Assembly (NCBI GenBank): GCA_963764715.1 | Contig: CAVXTP010000008.1 | Coordinates: 1 to 64,000 of the forward strand | DNA length: 64,000 nt | Source: an uncultured Acidobacteriota bacterium | GTDB taxonomy: Bacteria; Acidobacteriota; Thermoanaerobaculia; UBA5066; Gp7-AA6 | Direction of reading: 5' to 3' | Part shown: in pieces, positions 62,899 through 64,000 of the stretch | Layout: every line of letters begins with the position of its first letter | How positions within the stretch are numbered: position 1 is the stretch's first letter | Program-made: the position numbers and the translations under genes | Notes under the pieces: generated by a model | Seen by the model: only the letters and a program-made list of their open reading frames with translations | The model's database searches: none | What the model was told of the DNA's origin: nothing

Positions 62899-63567
62899 TT
62901 ACATCCAGCGCAGGATCCGGCGGGCGCGGCGGGCCACGCGGTCGGGGTGCCTGACCGGGTCGTAGATCCGCGGGGAGGGGATCACGGCCGCGAGCGTGGC
63001 CGCCTCCTCCCGGGTCACGTCGGCCGCGGACTTGCCGAGGTAGAGCCGGGCCGCGGCCTCGACGCCGAACGTGCGCGACCCGAACTCGATGACGTTGAGG
63101 TAGAGCTCGAGGATCCGCTGCTTCGACAGACGGCGCTCGAGGCGGCGCGCGATCGCGAATTCCCGGAGCTTCCTCCACGGCGTGCGCGCCGGCGAAAGGT
63201 AGAGGTTCTTGGCGAGCTGCTGCGTGATGGTCGAGCCGCCGACCTTCAGGTCGCCCTTCTCCCAGTTCTTCTCGAGGGCGCCGCGCATCGCCTCCCAGTC
63301 GACGCCCTCGTGCTCCCAGAAGCGCGCGTCCTCGGCGACGACCACGGCGCGCCGGAGGTCCGGCGCGATCCGGGAAAGCGGCACGGGTTTCCAGTCGAGG
63401 CGCGGGCTCTGGCCCTCGCGCTGGAGCCGGGCCTTGCGGAGCTCCATGAAGGCCGTCGTCTTCGGCCACGAGGTCGCCAGAGGCGCGACGTCGGGCAGGG
63501 TGGCCCAGAACAGGACCGCCGCCGCGGCGAGCGCGGCGGCGGTGAAGAGGACGAGGCGCCGGATCAG
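62899..63567 (-). CDS. mtgA: Monofunctional peptidoglycan transglycosylase
   Basis: AEDARFWEHEG, GGSTITQQLAKNL, RKLRE, ILELYLN; N-terminal TM in frame upstream of the first ATG. Confidence 0.9.
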   Translation of the reverse strand: MIRRLVLFTAAALAAAAVLFWATLPDVAPLATSWPKTTAFMELRKARLQREGQSPRLDWKPVPLSRIAPDLRRAVVVAEDARFWEHEGVDWEAMRGALEKNWEKGDLKVGGSTITQQLAKNLYLSPARTPWRKLREFAIARRLERRLSKQRILELYLNVIEFGSRTFGVEAAARLYLGKSAADVTREEAATLAAVIPSPRIYDPVRHPDRVARRARRILRWM

Positions 63568-63572
63568 GTTGA

Positions 63573-63642
63573 GGGGGTCAGGTCTTCATTTTTCAGCTCT
63601 CGCGAGATTCTGAGACGGCCGAAAAATGAAGACCTGACCCCC
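63573..63642. repeat. 22-bp perfect inverted repeat element
   Basis: GGGGGTCAGGTCTTCATTTTTC ... GAAAAATGAAGACCTGACCCCC with a 26-nt spacer. Confidence 0.87.
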
Positions 63643-63657
63643 ATCCCCACACCCGGT

Positions 63658-64000
63658 TTACGACCGCACGGCGGAAATCGCCCGCCGCAGCTTCCTCACA
63701 CCCTCGTCCGCTTCGTCCTTGGTCAGGACCAGGTGGGGCCGGAAGCGGATGGCGTTCGCCCCCGACGCCAGGCCCATCATCCCGTTCTCGAGGCAGGCCG
63801 CGAGCGTCCGGTCCCGCGTCTCCTTGTCCGGCAGGTCGAAGGCGATGAAGAGGCCGCGGCCGCGGACGTTGGTCATGACGCCGGGGAATTCCGCCGAAAG
63901 CTCGGCCAGGCGGCCCTGGAGGTACTCGCCCACGACCCTCGCGTTCTCGATCAGGTTGTCCTCGGTGATGATCTCGAGGTACTTCGCGCACCGGATCATG
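63658..64000 (-). CDS. Class III aminotransferase C-terminus, probably L-lysine 6-transaminase (partial)
   Basis: NVRGRGLFIAFDLP, IRFRPHL; extends beyond the window. Confidence 0.8.
   Translation of the reverse strand, partial: MIRCAKYLEIITEDNLIENARVVGEYLQGRLAELSAEFPGVMTNVRGRGLFIAFDLPDKETRDRTLAACLENGMMGLASGANAIRFRPHLVLTKDEADEGVRKLRRAISAVRS

Overview
High-GC bacterial chromosome segment, mostly housekeeping genes. The gene repertoire (split atp operon, Ser/Thr kinase-TPR, MglA-like GTPase) suggests Acidobacteriota, but that is an inference. Order: end of the nuo operon (nuoM, nuoN), Fo-only atp block, SigH/SigR-like ECF sigma plus anti-sigma, GHMP kinase, argS, DnaC-like ATPase, SpoIID, acyl-CoA dehydrogenase-meaB-mce, aroF, carA, lolE-like, kinase, carB, O-antigen ligase-like, M23 peptidase, Xre/RES toxin-antitoxin, aroC, UvrD, FHA protein, two GT-C paralogs, phoH-HD-ybeY-corC-era, MglA-like fusion, pyrRBC, suhB, Rieske oxygenase, glycosylasparaginase, MEMO1, mtgA and lat. 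I saw no rRNA, tRNA, CRISPR or transposase. Clustered single-base frameshifts look like sequencing errors. The most unusual signal is non-coding. A ~230-bp dispersed element (5920-6310 and 31440-31670) has five compensatory base-pair changes between its two copies, GNA-triloop hairpins and a terminal GTAG-REP, and one copy is internally triplicated. Related REP doublets carry extra hairpin cargo, one of them bracketed by a 19-bp duplication at the pyrR/pyrB junction. There is also pervasive leaderless-type promoter architecture and three genes that appear to need non-canonical starts (ATT, CTG, CTG).
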